Position numbers and translations under genes: made by a program
Assembly: GCA_040756875.1 (NCBI GenBank)
Contig: JBFLYH010000001.1
Location: 1,308,878 to 1,372,877, forward strand
Direction: 5' to 3'
DNA: 64,000 nt
Source of the DNA: a candidate division FCPU426 bacterium
GTDB lineage: Bacteria; Oederibacteriota; JAAXVQ01; JAUVAV01
Shown here: piece by piece, positions 52,304 to 61,615 of the stretch
How the letters are laid out: every line of letters begins with the position of its first letter
Position numbering within the stretch: the first letter of the stretch is position 1
Notes under the pieces: generated by a model
The model's input: only the letters and a program-made list of their open reading frames with translations
Database searches by the model: none
Told to the model about the DNA's origin: nothing

Positions 52304-54484
52304 ATGGCGAATATTATGAAAAAATTCAACCTGCTTAAACAACAGATGCAAGCGGAGCGGGAACAACATTTCCATCCGACCAAGACCGTGATCCACGTCG
52401 GCTCCGCCACCTGTGAAAACGCAGCCGGCGCGGAGGAAGTGCGGGCGGAATTCGAAAAGCTGCTCAAAGCCTCGGGCCGCGACGACATTGTGATCCGCCA
52501 GACCGGGTGCACGGGCCGCTGCTCGCGCGAGCCGATCGTGGGCGTGTTCAAGCCCGGCCAGTTCCCCTTCAAATACGAGCAGGTCACCGTGTCCAAAGTC
52601 CAGGAGATCTTCCAGCAGCACGTGCTGGACGGCAAGCCGGTGGTGCACCTGATCCTGGACAAAAAGACCTCCAACATCTACTCCCGGGTGGTGACTTTTT
52701 CCTCCCTTTCGACCGTGGCCACCGGGCTGCCGAGCAAATGGCAGCCAATTTTCCAGCAGCGCCTGCAGGCCCTGGGCCTGCCCGCGGACTCGATCCGCGC
52801 CTTTACCGGCGGCTGCCTGGGCCTGTATTCGGCCGGCGAAGAAGGCGAACGCGTGGGCATGCTGGTGTTCCCGGAAAAAGTGGTGTACGCCTTTTCCACC
52901 ACCGAGGAACTGGACCAGATCATCCAGTCCCAGTTCGTCAAAAACCAGGTCTACAAACCCCTGCAGGTGCAGATCGACCCCCTGATCAACCGGTTCTTCA
53001 CGCTGTACGGTGACGTGGCCTTTTTCAACAAGCAAACCCGCCTGACCCTGCGCAACAGCGGCATCATTGATCCCGAAAGCCTGGCTGACTACATCGCCAA
53101 CGACGGGTTCGAGGCCCTGGCCATGGTGCTGATCAAGGGCGACCCGAATTTCGTGCTGGAGGAAGTGACGCGCTCCGGCCTGCGGGGGCGCGGAGGCGGC
53201 GGCTATCCCACGGGCCTGAAGTGGCGCGACGCCGTGCGGAGCCAGGACCCGGTCCGCTACGTGGTGTGCAACGCGGACGAAGGCGATCCCGGCGCGTACA
53301 TGGACCGCAGCGCCCTGGAAGGCGACCCGTTCAGCATCATCCACGGCATGGCTTTGGGCGCCTACGCCGTGGGAGCGCACCAGGGATACATTTACGTGCG
53401 CGCGGAGTATCCCCTGGCCATCAAGCGCCTGGAGATCGCCCTGGAGCAGTGCCGCCAGGCGAACCTGTTGGGCAAGAACATTTTGGATTCCGGGTTCGAC
53501 TTCGACCTGGAACTGCGGCTCGGCGCCGGCGCCTTCGTATGCGGCGAGGAAACGGCGCTCATGTACTCCATCGAGGGCAAACGCGGGCAGCCGCGCCTGC
53601 GGCCTCCCTACCCCACCCAATCCGGCCTGTGGGGCCATCCCACAGTCATCAACAACGTCGAGACCTGGGCCAATGTGCCGGTGATCATCCGCCACGGCGC
53701 GGACTGGTTCGCCCGCATGGGCACGCCCAACAGCAAAGGCACCAAAGTGTTCGCCCTGGCCGGCAAGATCAAGAATTCGGGCCTGGTCGAGGTGCCCATG
53801 GGCACCACCCTGGAGGAAATCATCTACGACATCGGCGGCGGCGTGTCCGAAGGCCGGACCCTCAAGGCCGTGCAGACCGGCGGGCCCTCGGGCGGCTGCA
53901 TTCCCGTCTCCATGATCAAAACCCCCGTGGACTACCAATCCCTGCAGCAGGCCGGTTCCATCATGGGGTCAGGCGGTATGATCGTGCTCGACGACCAGGA
54001 CTGCATGGTCGCCACGGCGAAATACTTCCTCGAGTTTACCCAGGACGAATCCTGCGGCAAGTGCGTCCCCTGTCGTGAAGGCACCCTGCGCATGCTCGAG
54101 ATCCTCAAGCGGATCACCGCAGGCCAGGGCGTGATGGAAGACCTGGACAAGCTGGAGCGGCTGGGGCGGCTGATCCAGAAAACCTCGCTCTGCGGCCTGG
54201 GCCAGAACGCGCCCAACCCGGTGTTGAGCGCGCTCAAGCATTTCCGCGAGGAGTTCGAAATTCACATCCGCGAGCGGCGCTGCCCCACGCAGAAATGCTC
54301 CCAGCTGATCCATTACGAGATCCTCGCGGACAAGTGCACGGGCTGCACGCTCTGCGCCCGGCGCTGCCCCGTGACCTGCATCAGCGGCACGGCGCGGCAT
54401 CCGCATGTCATTGACCAGAACCGCTGCATCAAGTGCGGCGAATGCTACAACGTGTGCAAATTCAACGCCGTGGAAAAGAAATAA
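52304..54484 (+). CDS. hydB: NuoF-like diaphorase subunit of [FeFe] hydrogenase with N-terminal thioredoxin-like Fe-S domains
   Basis: GLRGRGGGG, NADEGDPG, GAFVCGEET, SCGKCVPCREG and two CxxCxxCxxxC. Confidence 0.93.
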   Translation: MANIMKKFNLLKQQMQAEREQHFHPTKTVIHVGSATCENAAGAEEVRAEFEKLLKASGRDDIVIRQTGCTGRCSREPIVGVFKPGQFPFKYEQVTVSKVQEIFQQHVLDGKPVVHLILDKKTSNIYSRVVTFSSLSTVATGLPSKWQPIFQQRLQALGLPADSIRAFTGGCLGLYSAGEEGERVGMLVFPEKVVYAFSTTEELDQIIQSQFVKNQVYKPLQVQIDPLINRFFTLYGDVAFFNKQTRLTLRNSGIIDPESLADYIANDGFEALAMVLIKGDPNFVLEEVTRSGLRGRGGGGYPTGLKWRDAVRSQDPVRYVVCNADEGDPGAYMDRSALEGDPFSIIHGMALGAYAVGAHQGYIYVRAEYPLAIKRLEIALEQCRQANLLGKNILDSGFDFDLELRLGAGAFVCGEETALMYSIEGKRGQPRLRPPYPTQSGLWGHPTVINNVETWANVPVIIRHGADWFARMGTPNSKGTKVFALAGKIKNSGLVEVPMGTTLEEIIYDIGGGVSEGRTLKAVQTGGPSGGCIPVSMIKTPVDYQSLQQAGSIMGSGGMIVLDDQDCMVATAKYFLEFTQDESCGKCVPCREGTLRMLEILKRITAGQGVMEDLDKLERLGRLIQKTSLCGLGQNAPNPVLSALKHFREEFEIHIRERRCPTQKCSQLIHYEILADKCTGCTLCARRCPVTCISGTARHPHVIDQNRCIKCGECYNVCKFNAVEKK

Positions 54485-54498
54485 TTTGTGCACATGGG

Positions 54499-54602
54499 GA
54501 TCACGAAGAGCGCGAAGAAACAACAAATCATTAAATTTGTTTAGCAGTAAAATTCAGGAACCTTTTCGCGTGCTTCGGTCTTTCTTCGTGCCCTTCGTGA
54601 TC
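54499..54602. repeat. Intergenic inverted repeat built from CACGAA/TTCGTG units
   Basis: 22-bp arms matching at 20/22 around an AT-rich core. Confidence 0.7.
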
Positions 54603-54626
54603 AATATCTTGTGATAGGATGACGCC

Positions 54627-56381
54627 ATGAAAACCATCAATCTCGAGATCGACGGTCTGCCGGTGCAGGTTCCGGAGAACACCACCATCATGGAGGCCGC
54701 GCAGACGATCGGCATCCATATCCCCCGGTTGTGCTACCATCCGGACCTGTCCATCGAGGGCGCCTGCCGCATCTGCATCGTAGCCGTGGACGGCGCGCGC
54801 ACTTTCCAGACCTCCTGTTCCACCCGGGTGCAGGAGGGCATGAAAATCCAGACCAATTCGCCGGAGATCAGGCAGGCCCGGCGCGACCTGGTCGAACTGA
54901 TCCTGGACAACCACCCGCGCGAATGCCAGACCTGCGAGCGGGACGGCCAGTGCGAGCTGCAAAACCTGGCGTACAACCTCGGAGTCCGCGAACGCCTGTT
55001 CGAAGGCTGGCGCAAGGAATTCCCGATCGAAGACTCCAGCCACTCCGTGGTCAGGGACTCGGAGCGCTGCATCCTGTGCCGGCGCTGCGTGCGCGTCTGT
55101 TCCGAAATTCAGGGCGTGCACAACCTGAGCCAGCTGCACCGCGGCGTGCGGACCGTGGTGACCCCGGCCTTTGAATCGCCCATGTCCGATTCAGTGTGCA
55201 TCAACTGCGGCCAGTGCATCAATGTCTGCCCCACGGCCGCCTTCCTGGAAAAACGCTCCACCGAGGAAGTCTGGGCCGCCCTGGCTGACCCCGGCAAGCA
55301 CGTGGTGGCGCAGATCGCGCCCTCGATCCGCGCGGCCATCGGCGAAGGCTTCGGCCTGGCGCCGGGCACGCCGGCCACGCACCAAACTGTCACCGCCCTG
55401 CGCCGCCTGGGATTCGAGGCGGTGTTCGACACCAATTTCGGGGCGGACCTGACCGTCATCGAGGAAGCGCACGAACTGGTGCAGCGGCTCAAGCAAAACG
55501 ACCGCCTGCCGCTCCTGACCTCGTGTTCCTCCGGGTGGATCAAATTTCTGGAGCATTTTTATCCCGAACTGATCCCGCACGCCTCCTCCTGCCGCTCCCC
55601 CATGACCATGCTTTCCGCGCTGCTGAAAACCTACTACGCGGAAATGAAGGGCCTGGATCCCAAGGACATTTACGTCGTGGCGGTCATGCCCTGCACGGCC
55701 AAGAAATTCGAGATCATCCGGCCCGAACACCGTCACGAAAACGGCCGGCCGTACACCGACGCGGTATTGACCACGCGGGAACTGGTCTGGATGATCAAAG
55801 CCTATGGCATCGACTTCACCAAGCTCCCGGACGGTGATTTCGACTCGCCCCTGGGCTTTTCCTCGGGCGCGGCCGACATTTTCGGCGCCACAGGCGGCGT
55901 CATGGAAGCGGCCTTGCGCACGGCCGTGGAAACCCTGACCGGCAAGCCTCTGGCCAAGCTGGATTTCACCGAGGTGCGCGCGGTCGAGGGGCTGAAGGAA
56001 GCCACTTTGGACGTGGCGGGGATGAGCATCAACGTGGCGGTGGCCAACGGTCTAACCAACGCCAAAACCATCCTGGAAAAGGTCAAGGCCGGCGAGAAAC
56101 CCTACCATTTGATCGAGATCATGGCCTGCCCGGGCGGCTGCATCGGCGGCGGCGGACAGCCATACCCGCCGGACGGCCACTACGTGCTGGACCGCGAAAT
56201 TTACCGCTTGCGGACCCAAGCCCTGTACACCATCGACGCGGAAAAAACCGTGCGCAAATCGCACGACAATCCTTTTATCAAGGAACTGTACGATAAATTC
56301 CTGGGGAGCCCGGGCAGCGAGAAGGCGCACCATCTGCTGCACACCCACTATGCTCCCCGCGAACCCCGAGGCATCAAATGA
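54627..56381 (+). CDS. hydA: Group A [FeFe] hydrogenase catalytic subunit
   Basis: 2Fe-2S, His-ligated and two 4Fe-4S motifs; H-cluster motifs TSCSSGW, MPCTAKKFE and MACPGGCIGGGGQP. Confidence 0.96.
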   Translation: MKTINLEIDGLPVQVPENTTIMEAAQTIGIHIPRLCYHPDLSIEGACRICIVAVDGARTFQTSCSTRVQEGMKIQTNSPEIRQARRDLVELILDNHPRECQTCERDGQCELQNLAYNLGVRERLFEGWRKEFPIEDSSHSVVRDSERCILCRRCVRVCSEIQGVHNLSQLHRGVRTVVTPAFESPMSDSVCINCGQCINVCPTAAFLEKRSTEEVWAALADPGKHVVAQIAPSIRAAIGEGFGLAPGTPATHQTVTALRRLGFEAVFDTNFGADLTVIEEAHELVQRLKQNDRLPLLTSCSSGWIKFLEHFYPELIPHASSCRSPMTMLSALLKTYYAEMKGLDPKDIYVVAVMPCTAKKFEIIRPEHRHENGRPYTDAVLTTRELVWMIKAYGIDFTKLPDGDFDSPLGFSSGAADIFGATGGVMEAALRTAVETLTGKPLAKLDFTEVRAVEGLKEATLDVAGMSINVAVANGLTNAKTILEKVKAGEKPYHLIEIMACPGGCIGGGGQPYPPDGHYVLDREIYRLRTQALYTIDAEKTVRKSHDNPFIKELYDKFLGSPGSEKAHHLLHTHYAPREPRGIK

Positions 56382-56893
56382 GCGTAGAAACCGCTGAAAC
56401 GTTGGATCCCCAAATCATCGCTTATATCGAGGCGTGCAGGAAACTTCCGCATCCCGAAAGCTACCTCATGTCCATTTTGCACCGGGTGCAGGGCCGGTAC
56501 GGTTATTTATCCCAGGCGCATATGGCCGAAGTGGCCCAGCGCCTGCAGGTCCCGACTTCGGCAGTGAGCGGCGTTTCCACGTTCTATCACTTTTTCCGCC
56601 TCCAACCCCAGGGCAAATACGCCATCTCGGTCTGTCTGGGCACGGCGTGCTTCGTGAAAGGCGCGGATAAAATCCTGGAGGCTTTTCAGTCCGAGTTGGG
56701 AATCGAATTGGGCGAGACGACCAAGGATGGGTTATTTTCGCTGGAAAACACGCGCTGCCTGGGCGTCTGCGGCCTGGCGCCCGTGGTGACGATCAATGAC
56801 AAAGTATACAGCCAGGTAACGCCCCAGCAAGTGCCGGAAATGCTGAACCGGCTTCTGGCCGCCGAAGCCAAGGAAACCGCGCCCACGGCCTGA
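56378..56893 (+). CDS. hydC: NuoE-like 2Fe-2S subunit
   Basis: CLGTAC and CLGVCGLAP motifs. Confidence 0.93.
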   Translation: MSVETAETLDPQIIAYIEACRKLPHPESYLMSILHRVQGRYGYLSQAHMAEVAQRLQVPTSAVSGVSTFYHFFRLQPQGKYAISVCLGTACFVKGADKILEAFQSELGIELGETTKDGLFSLENTRCLGVCGLAPVVTINDKVYSQVTPQQVPEMLNRLLAAEAKETAPTA

Positions 56894-56986
56894 AGCAAAG
56901 TCTGCCGGACGCCGTTTTCGCCGGGGGGAGGCTGCCCCCGCCCGCCAATCCCGAAATCCCCGCCCGGTACATGCAGGCCGGCGAAC

Positions 56987-57916
56987 TCAAGGCATGATCT
57001 TGCAGCGAATCTGGTTCTTTCCATTGTGCTTGGCGGAGTACATGAGGAAATCCGCCTCCGCCAGCACTTGGTCCACGCTTTCCGGCGCCTTGGAAAAAGT
57101 CACCACCCCGAAACTGCAGGTGACCTGCCACCCGTTCTGTTGCATCATATGTGCCAGGCTGGCTTGCAACCGCTGGGAAACCGCGTAAGCCAGCGCGGCT
57201 TCGGTTTCCGGCAGCAAAACCACAAACTCGTCCCCGCCCAACCTGGCCAGCATATCGACTGTGCGGATGTTCCGTTTAATGGTTTCGGCGACCAGGCGCA
57301 GCAGTAAATCGCCGGTATTATGCCCGTAAGTGTCGTTGATGTTCTTGAAATTATCCAGGTCCAGATAGACCAGGGAAAACGACCGTTTGAACCGGGATGA
57401 GCGGTTGATTTCGCCGGTCGCCAGTTCGAAAAAAGACCGCCGGTTGGCAACGCCGGTCAGGACGTCGGTCCGGGCCAGATGCCGCTGGGTTTCCAGCGCG
57501 TTCCGCAATTCCGCCAAGGTAAAAGCGATCGCCAAAAATACCATCAGCCGCAAAAATTCGTTGATGTACGGCACCCAGCGGGCGGAAAAGTGCTTGACCA
57601 GCAGCAAATCTGCCGTAAGCCACGAAAGCGCGCTAAGCCCCGCGAAGATGAATCCAGCCCAACGTCCGACCCGCCAGGTGACAACACAGACCGGGACCAG
57701 GTAAAACAGGGACAAGGCGAGTTCCGGGCCTGTCAGCACCCGCATCCATCCCAATAAGACGACGGCCATGAGCGCCAAAACAACGATCAGCGTTTTGGGT
57801 TCTTTGTGGAAATAATCCAGCACGGAACTCGTCCGGATTTCGGAGCTCTGCCGGAGGGGCTCCTTGGGTTTGGACTCCAGCTTGACTGCGCACTGCTTCA
57901 ATAACATGGCGAACAT
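56987..57916 (-). CDS. Membrane-bound diguanylate cyclase
   Basis: About four TM helices; DLDNFK.IND.YGH and RLGGDEF. Confidence 0.93.
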   Translation of the reverse strand: MFAMLLKQCAVKLESKPKEPLRQSSEIRTSSVLDYFHKEPKTLIVVLALMAVVLLGWMRVLTGPELALSLFYLVPVCVVTWRVGRWAGFIFAGLSALSWLTADLLLVKHFSARWVPYINEFLRLMVFLAIAFTLAELRNALETQRHLARTDVLTGVANRRSFFELATGEINRSSRFKRSFSLVYLDLDNFKNINDTYGHNTGDLLLRLVAETIKRNIRTVDMLARLGGDEFVVLLPETEAALAYAVSQRLQASLAHMMQQNGWQVTCSFGVVTFSKAPESVDQVLAEADFLMYSAKHNGKNQIRCKIMP

Positions 57917-58053
57917 TTCTTGCACCCCTCCTTCCCAAGGATTTGGTCCTTGGGAGCTTTCCACATAATGATCGACCGCTTGTCAGCGGCGTTGACAGCT
58001 CTCCGTGCTCTTTCCGCGGTTTTAAAAAGAGCGCCCGTTTTTCGCGGCGGCGA

Positions 58054-58596
58054 TTACAAAACGAGGTCTCGCAGGCGGGGATTGCGTTTGTCCTTGTCCG
58101 ACAGCAAAAACTCCATGCCGATATCAGGCCAGGCAATGCCGATTTCCGGATCGTCCCACAACAATCCGCCCTCGTGTTCGGGCGAATAAATGTCCGTGGT
58201 TTTGTAATGCACTTCCGTGGCGTCCGCCATCGCGCAAAACCCGTGGGCAAAACCCGGCGGAATAAACAACATCGCTTTGTTCTCTTCGCTCAGCACCTCG
58301 CCCACCCAACGGCCGAAGGTGGGCGAACCGCGGCGTATATCCACGGCCACGTCGAAAATGGCTCCGCGCAGGGCCCGCACCAGCTTGCCCTGGCTTCTCG
58401 GCTCTCTTTGAAAATGGAGCCCCCGCAGCACGCCCTTGGCCGAGCGGCTATGGTTATCCTGCACAAAACGCAGGGCCAGGCCGTGTTCCGCAAACCTGGT
58501 TTGGTGGTACGTTTCCATGAAAAAACCCCGGGCATCTGAAAAAACCCGGGGTTCGATCCGGACCACTTCCGACAATGACAGGGGCGTGAATTTCAC
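58054..58596 (-). CDS. rfbC: dTDP-4-dehydrorhamnose 3,5-epimerase
   Basis: D.RGFF.E, LRGLHFQ and PGFAHGF motifs. Confidence 0.96.
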   Translation of the reverse strand: MKFTPLSLSEVVRIEPRVFSDARGFFMETYHQTRFAEHGLALRFVQDNHSRSAKGVLRGLHFQREPRSQGKLVRALRGAIFDVAVDIRRGSPTFGRWVGEVLSEENKAMLFIPPGFAHGFCAMADATEVHYKTTDIYSPEHEGGLLWDDPEIGIAWPDIGMEFLLSDKDKRNPRLRDLVL

Positions 58597-58633
58597 GTTC
58601 CAAAACCTTCCGGGTCAAGGCCGCCGGCGGACT

Positions 58634-58945
58634 TCAAGCCAGCGTGCGCTCCCAATTTTCTTCCAACGGCCGGGTAAACTGCAATCCCAGGTATATTTTT
58701 TCGCCCTTGGTCCGCGACCAGACGATCAAGCCGCGGCCTTCCCACACCTGCCGTTCTTCATCCAGCAGAAACGCCAAATCCACGGGCGTGCCGACCGGCA
58801 GTTCCTGTTCGGTCTCGATCATCGCGCCCCCGGCGGACATATTACGCACCGTGCCGAAGATGTCCTCTTCCCGGTCCGGGCTGAGATTCTGGCGGGCGAT
58901 GAGGTAGCAAGGCACCCGTTCAAATTTCCGCCGCTCGATGTCCAT
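58634..58945 (-). CDS. Stand-alone PilZ domain protein
   Basis: RRKFER (RxxxR) and NMSAGG (D/NxSxxG) motifs. Confidence 0.9.
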   Translation of the reverse strand: MDIERRKFERVPCYLIARQNLSPDREEDIFGTVRNMSAGGAMIETEQELPVGTPVDLAFLLDEERQVWEGRGLIVWSRTKGEKIYLGLQFTRPLEENWERTLA

Positions 58946-59334
58946 ATCCGCCTCGTGGAGCTCCCCGAGCACGCTCGGGGCACCTTTCCTGCCATGCGTT
59001 TTGCAGCCTGGCAGGCGGCGACCAAAGGAAGTCCCCTCGCGGGCGACGTCCCCGGAGCAGGCGTTTAAATATCCCCGGTCGAAAGGCCCGTGGCCTGCGT
59101 AGGGGGGCCGGTCCTGAATCCCTGGGTAGGCATCGGAAGTTTAAGTTTGCGAAGGGGCTAAATTATAACATAAGCTCGCGGGATTTCCACCTGATTATTG
59201 ATTTGACCGCCATCCGCCCTGCCGCTACAATGTCGAAACCGTTGAACCGAAACAGTCCGAATCAACCGCAGAGGGCGCTGGCAACCTCCAATCCCTCCGC
59301 GTGCTGCGCGGCATCTCTTCCAAAAGGAGATTCT

Positions 59335-59937
59335 ATGAATATCGTCTGGCTGGCCCTGATCGCCCTGGCGGTCCTGACCGCGGTCTTCCGCGGCACCATG
59401 CCCGCGGTTTCCTCCGCCGTCTTTTCTTCCGCCAACACCGCCGTGGAACTGTCCCTGGGCCTCGTCGGCGGCATGACTTTGTTTCTGGGGCTCATGCGCG
59501 TGGCCCAGGACGCCGGCCTGGTCCAAGCCCTGGCCAAGGCTTTGCGGCCGCTGTTTCGGTGGCTTTTCCCGGAAGTGCCCCGCGACCACCCGGCCCTGGG
59601 CGCGATCGCCATGAACCTGGGCGCCAACATGCTGGGGTTGGGCGACGCGGCCACGCCCATGGGGCTTAAAGCCATGCAGGAGCTGCAAACGCTGAATCCG
59701 GACCCCGAGCGGGCCACAGACGCGATGTGCCTGTTCATTGCCCTCCATTCCAGCTCGTTGCAGCTGATTCCAGTCATGGTCATCAGCCTCCGGGCGGCAG
59801 CCGGTTCCAAAAATCCGGCCGAAATTATCATCCCCACCATGGTCGGCACGCTCTGCGCCGCGGCGGTGGCGGTGTTCGCCTCCAAAACCCTGGGCCGGCT
59901 GTCCAAGGCCAAACCCGGGAGGCAGACCTCATGTTAA
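59335..59937 (+). CDS. spmA: SpmA-family nucleoside-recognition (gate) membrane protein
   Basis: ANMLGLGDAATPMGLKAMQEL. Confidence 0.9.
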   Translation: MNIVWLALIALAVLTAVFRGTMPAVSSAVFSSANTAVELSLGLVGGMTLFLGLMRVAQDAGLVQALAKALRPLFRWLFPEVPRDHPALGAIAMNLGANMLGLGDAATPMGLKAMQELQTLNPDPERATDAMCLFIALHSSSLQLIPVMVISLRAAAGSKNPAEIIIPTMVGTLCAAAVAVFASKTLGRLSKAKPGRQTSC

Positions 59938-60467
59938 AGGACCTGGCAGGCAGCCTTTCCAACTGGATCGTTCCTTTCCTGGTGCTGGGCATTCCGCTGT
60001 ATGCCTATGCCGCTAAACGCATCAAGGTGTATGAGAGTTTCATCGAAGGCGCCAAGGAAGGTTTCTCCATCGGCGTGCGGATCATCCCCTACCTGGTGGG
60101 CATCCTGGTGGCCATCGGAATGTTCAGGGCCAGCGGCGCCATGGACTGGCTGGTTTCACTGTTAAGGCCTGCCGTGCAACTGGTGGGATTCCCGCCGGAA
60201 GTGCTGCCCACGGCGCTGATGAAACCATTCTCAGGTTCCGGCTCCTTGGGCCTGATGTCGGACTTGTTCAAAGTCCATAGCCCGGATTCTTTTATTGGCC
60301 GCCTGGCGAGCGTCATCCAAGGCAGCACGGAAACCACCTTCTATGTGCTGGCGGTTTACGCCGGGTCCGTGGCAGTCCGGCAGACGCGCCATACTCTGGC
60401 TGCCAGCCTGCTCAGCGATCTGGCGGGACTGATTGGCGCTTTCCTGGCCTGCCTGGTGCTATTCTAG
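59931..60467 (+). CDS. spmB: SpmB-family membrane protein
   Basis: F.EGAKEG, FRASGA and GSTETTFYVLAVY motifs. Confidence 0.9.
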   Translation: MLKDLAGSLSNWIVPFLVLGIPLYAYAAKRIKVYESFIEGAKEGFSIGVRIIPYLVGILVAIGMFRASGAMDWLVSLLRPAVQLVGFPPEVLPTALMKPFSGSGSLGLMSDLFKVHSPDSFIGRLASVIQGSTETTFYVLAVYAGSVAVRQTRHTLAASLLSDLAGLIGAFLACLVLF

Positions 60468-60468
60468 C

Positions 60469-61392
60469 ATGGCTCCCCTCATCCGCCCTCCCAGGCTCCT
60501 GCCCGGAGAACCGACGGCCTTGATTCTGCCGGCGTCCCCTCCCCGCGCGGGCCTGTTGGCAGCAGGCGCGCGCCGTTTGGAGCAAGCCGGTTACCGCGTC
60601 TCCCTGGGGCCGAATGCCCGGAGGCGTTGCGGCTACTTGGCGGGCACGGATGCGGAACGCCGCCGGGATCTGCAGTGGGCTTTCGGCGAACCCGCCATCA
60701 AGGCGGTTTTTTGCGGCCGCGGTGGATACGGCGTCTCCCGCGTGCTGGAAAGCCTCCCGCCCGCGCTGCTGCGCAGGCATCCGAAAATTGTCGTGGGTTT
60801 TTCCGACATCACTTTGCTTCATCTGGCGCTACAGAAGGCAGGCTTGGTCAGTTTTTGGGGGCCCATGCCTGCAGCCTCCACGGGCTTGACGCCATATGCC
60901 CTCCAGTGGTTGCGCAAGGCCCTGGAAGGCGGGAAGCCTTTGGGCCGCATCCAGCTCAAGGGACCGGTCATCCGTCCAGGCCGCGCGGAAGGCCGTTTAA
61001 CCGGTGGAACGCTGACCTTGCTGGCCGCCAGCCTGGGCACGCCTTACGCGGTGGAGACCAGGGACCGGATTGTGTTTTTGGAGGATGTCGGCGAGGAACC
61101 GTACCGCGTGGACCGCATGCTGACCCAGTTGCTGGCCGCCGGGCGCCTGCGGGACGCGGCCGGCATTGTGCTCGGCCGCTTCGTGGACTGCAAACCCAGG
61201 AACCGTTCGTACCGTCCCAGCCAGTCGCTGGCCGAGGTATTCGCGGACCGTTTGGGGCCGCTCAAACTGCCGGTCGTCAGCGGCCTTCCCCTCGGCCATA
61301 TTGCCAATCAAGTCACGTTGCCCTACGGAGTTAAAGCCAGGTTGGACGCCAACCGAGGAATTCTGGATATTGTGGAAACGGCGGTCGTTTGA
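60469..61392 (+). CDS. LD-carboxypeptidase (peptidase S66)
   Basis: RGGYG, GFSDIT, EDVGE and GH motifs. Confidence 0.92.
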   Translation: MAPLIRPPRLLPGEPTALILPASPPRAGLLAAGARRLEQAGYRVSLGPNARRRCGYLAGTDAERRRDLQWAFGEPAIKAVFCGRGGYGVSRVLESLPPALLRRHPKIVVGFSDITLLHLALQKAGLVSFWGPMPAASTGLTPYALQWLRKALEGGKPLGRIQLKGPVIRPGRAEGRLTGGTLTLLAASLGTPYAVETRDRIVFLEDVGEEPYRVDRMLTQLLAAGRLRDAAGIVLGRFVDCKPRNRSYRPSQSLAEVFADRLGPLKLPVVSGLPLGHIANQVTLPYGVKARLDANRGILDIVETAVV

Positions 61393-61411
61393 CCGCCCTT
61401 CACGCTTTTCT

Positions 61412-61615
61412 TCAGTCCTTCGCCCGAGTGTTCCAGCGGAAAGCCGCGTAAAGGGGATCATAACCGGATAGTGCGGTGATAAGCAGATAGATTGCAACCA
61501 GAATAAGCAACCCATTGAGGCCGCTGCGCGGTTCGCGCGTCATGCCGATCAAGCCGCACAAAGTGCAGACGAAAAACCGCGCGCCCTTGTCCAGGACGCC
61601 GAGGTTTTTAGTCAT
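61412..61615 (-). CDS. DUF2892/YgaP-like small membrane protein
   Basis: KNLGVLD..R, two TM helices, PLY....NT. Confidence 0.75.
   Translation of the reverse strand: MTKNLGVLDKGARFFVCTLCGLIGMTREPRSGLNGLLILVAIYLLITALSGYDPLYAAFRWNTRAKD

Noticed and set aside
52304-56893. Respiratory complex I nuoEFG
   Set aside because: H-cluster motifs identify an [FeFe] hydrogenase, and no membrane Nuo genes are present.
59040-59140. c-di-GMP-I riboswitch upstream of PilZ (ACGCAGGCCACGGGCC on the minus strand)
   Set aside because: Only a partial resemblance; the GCAAAC/GNRA-stem elements are not found.
59335-60467. spmAB as evidence of sporulation
   Set aside because: The family is widespread in non-sporulating bacteria, and no other sporulation genes are in the window.
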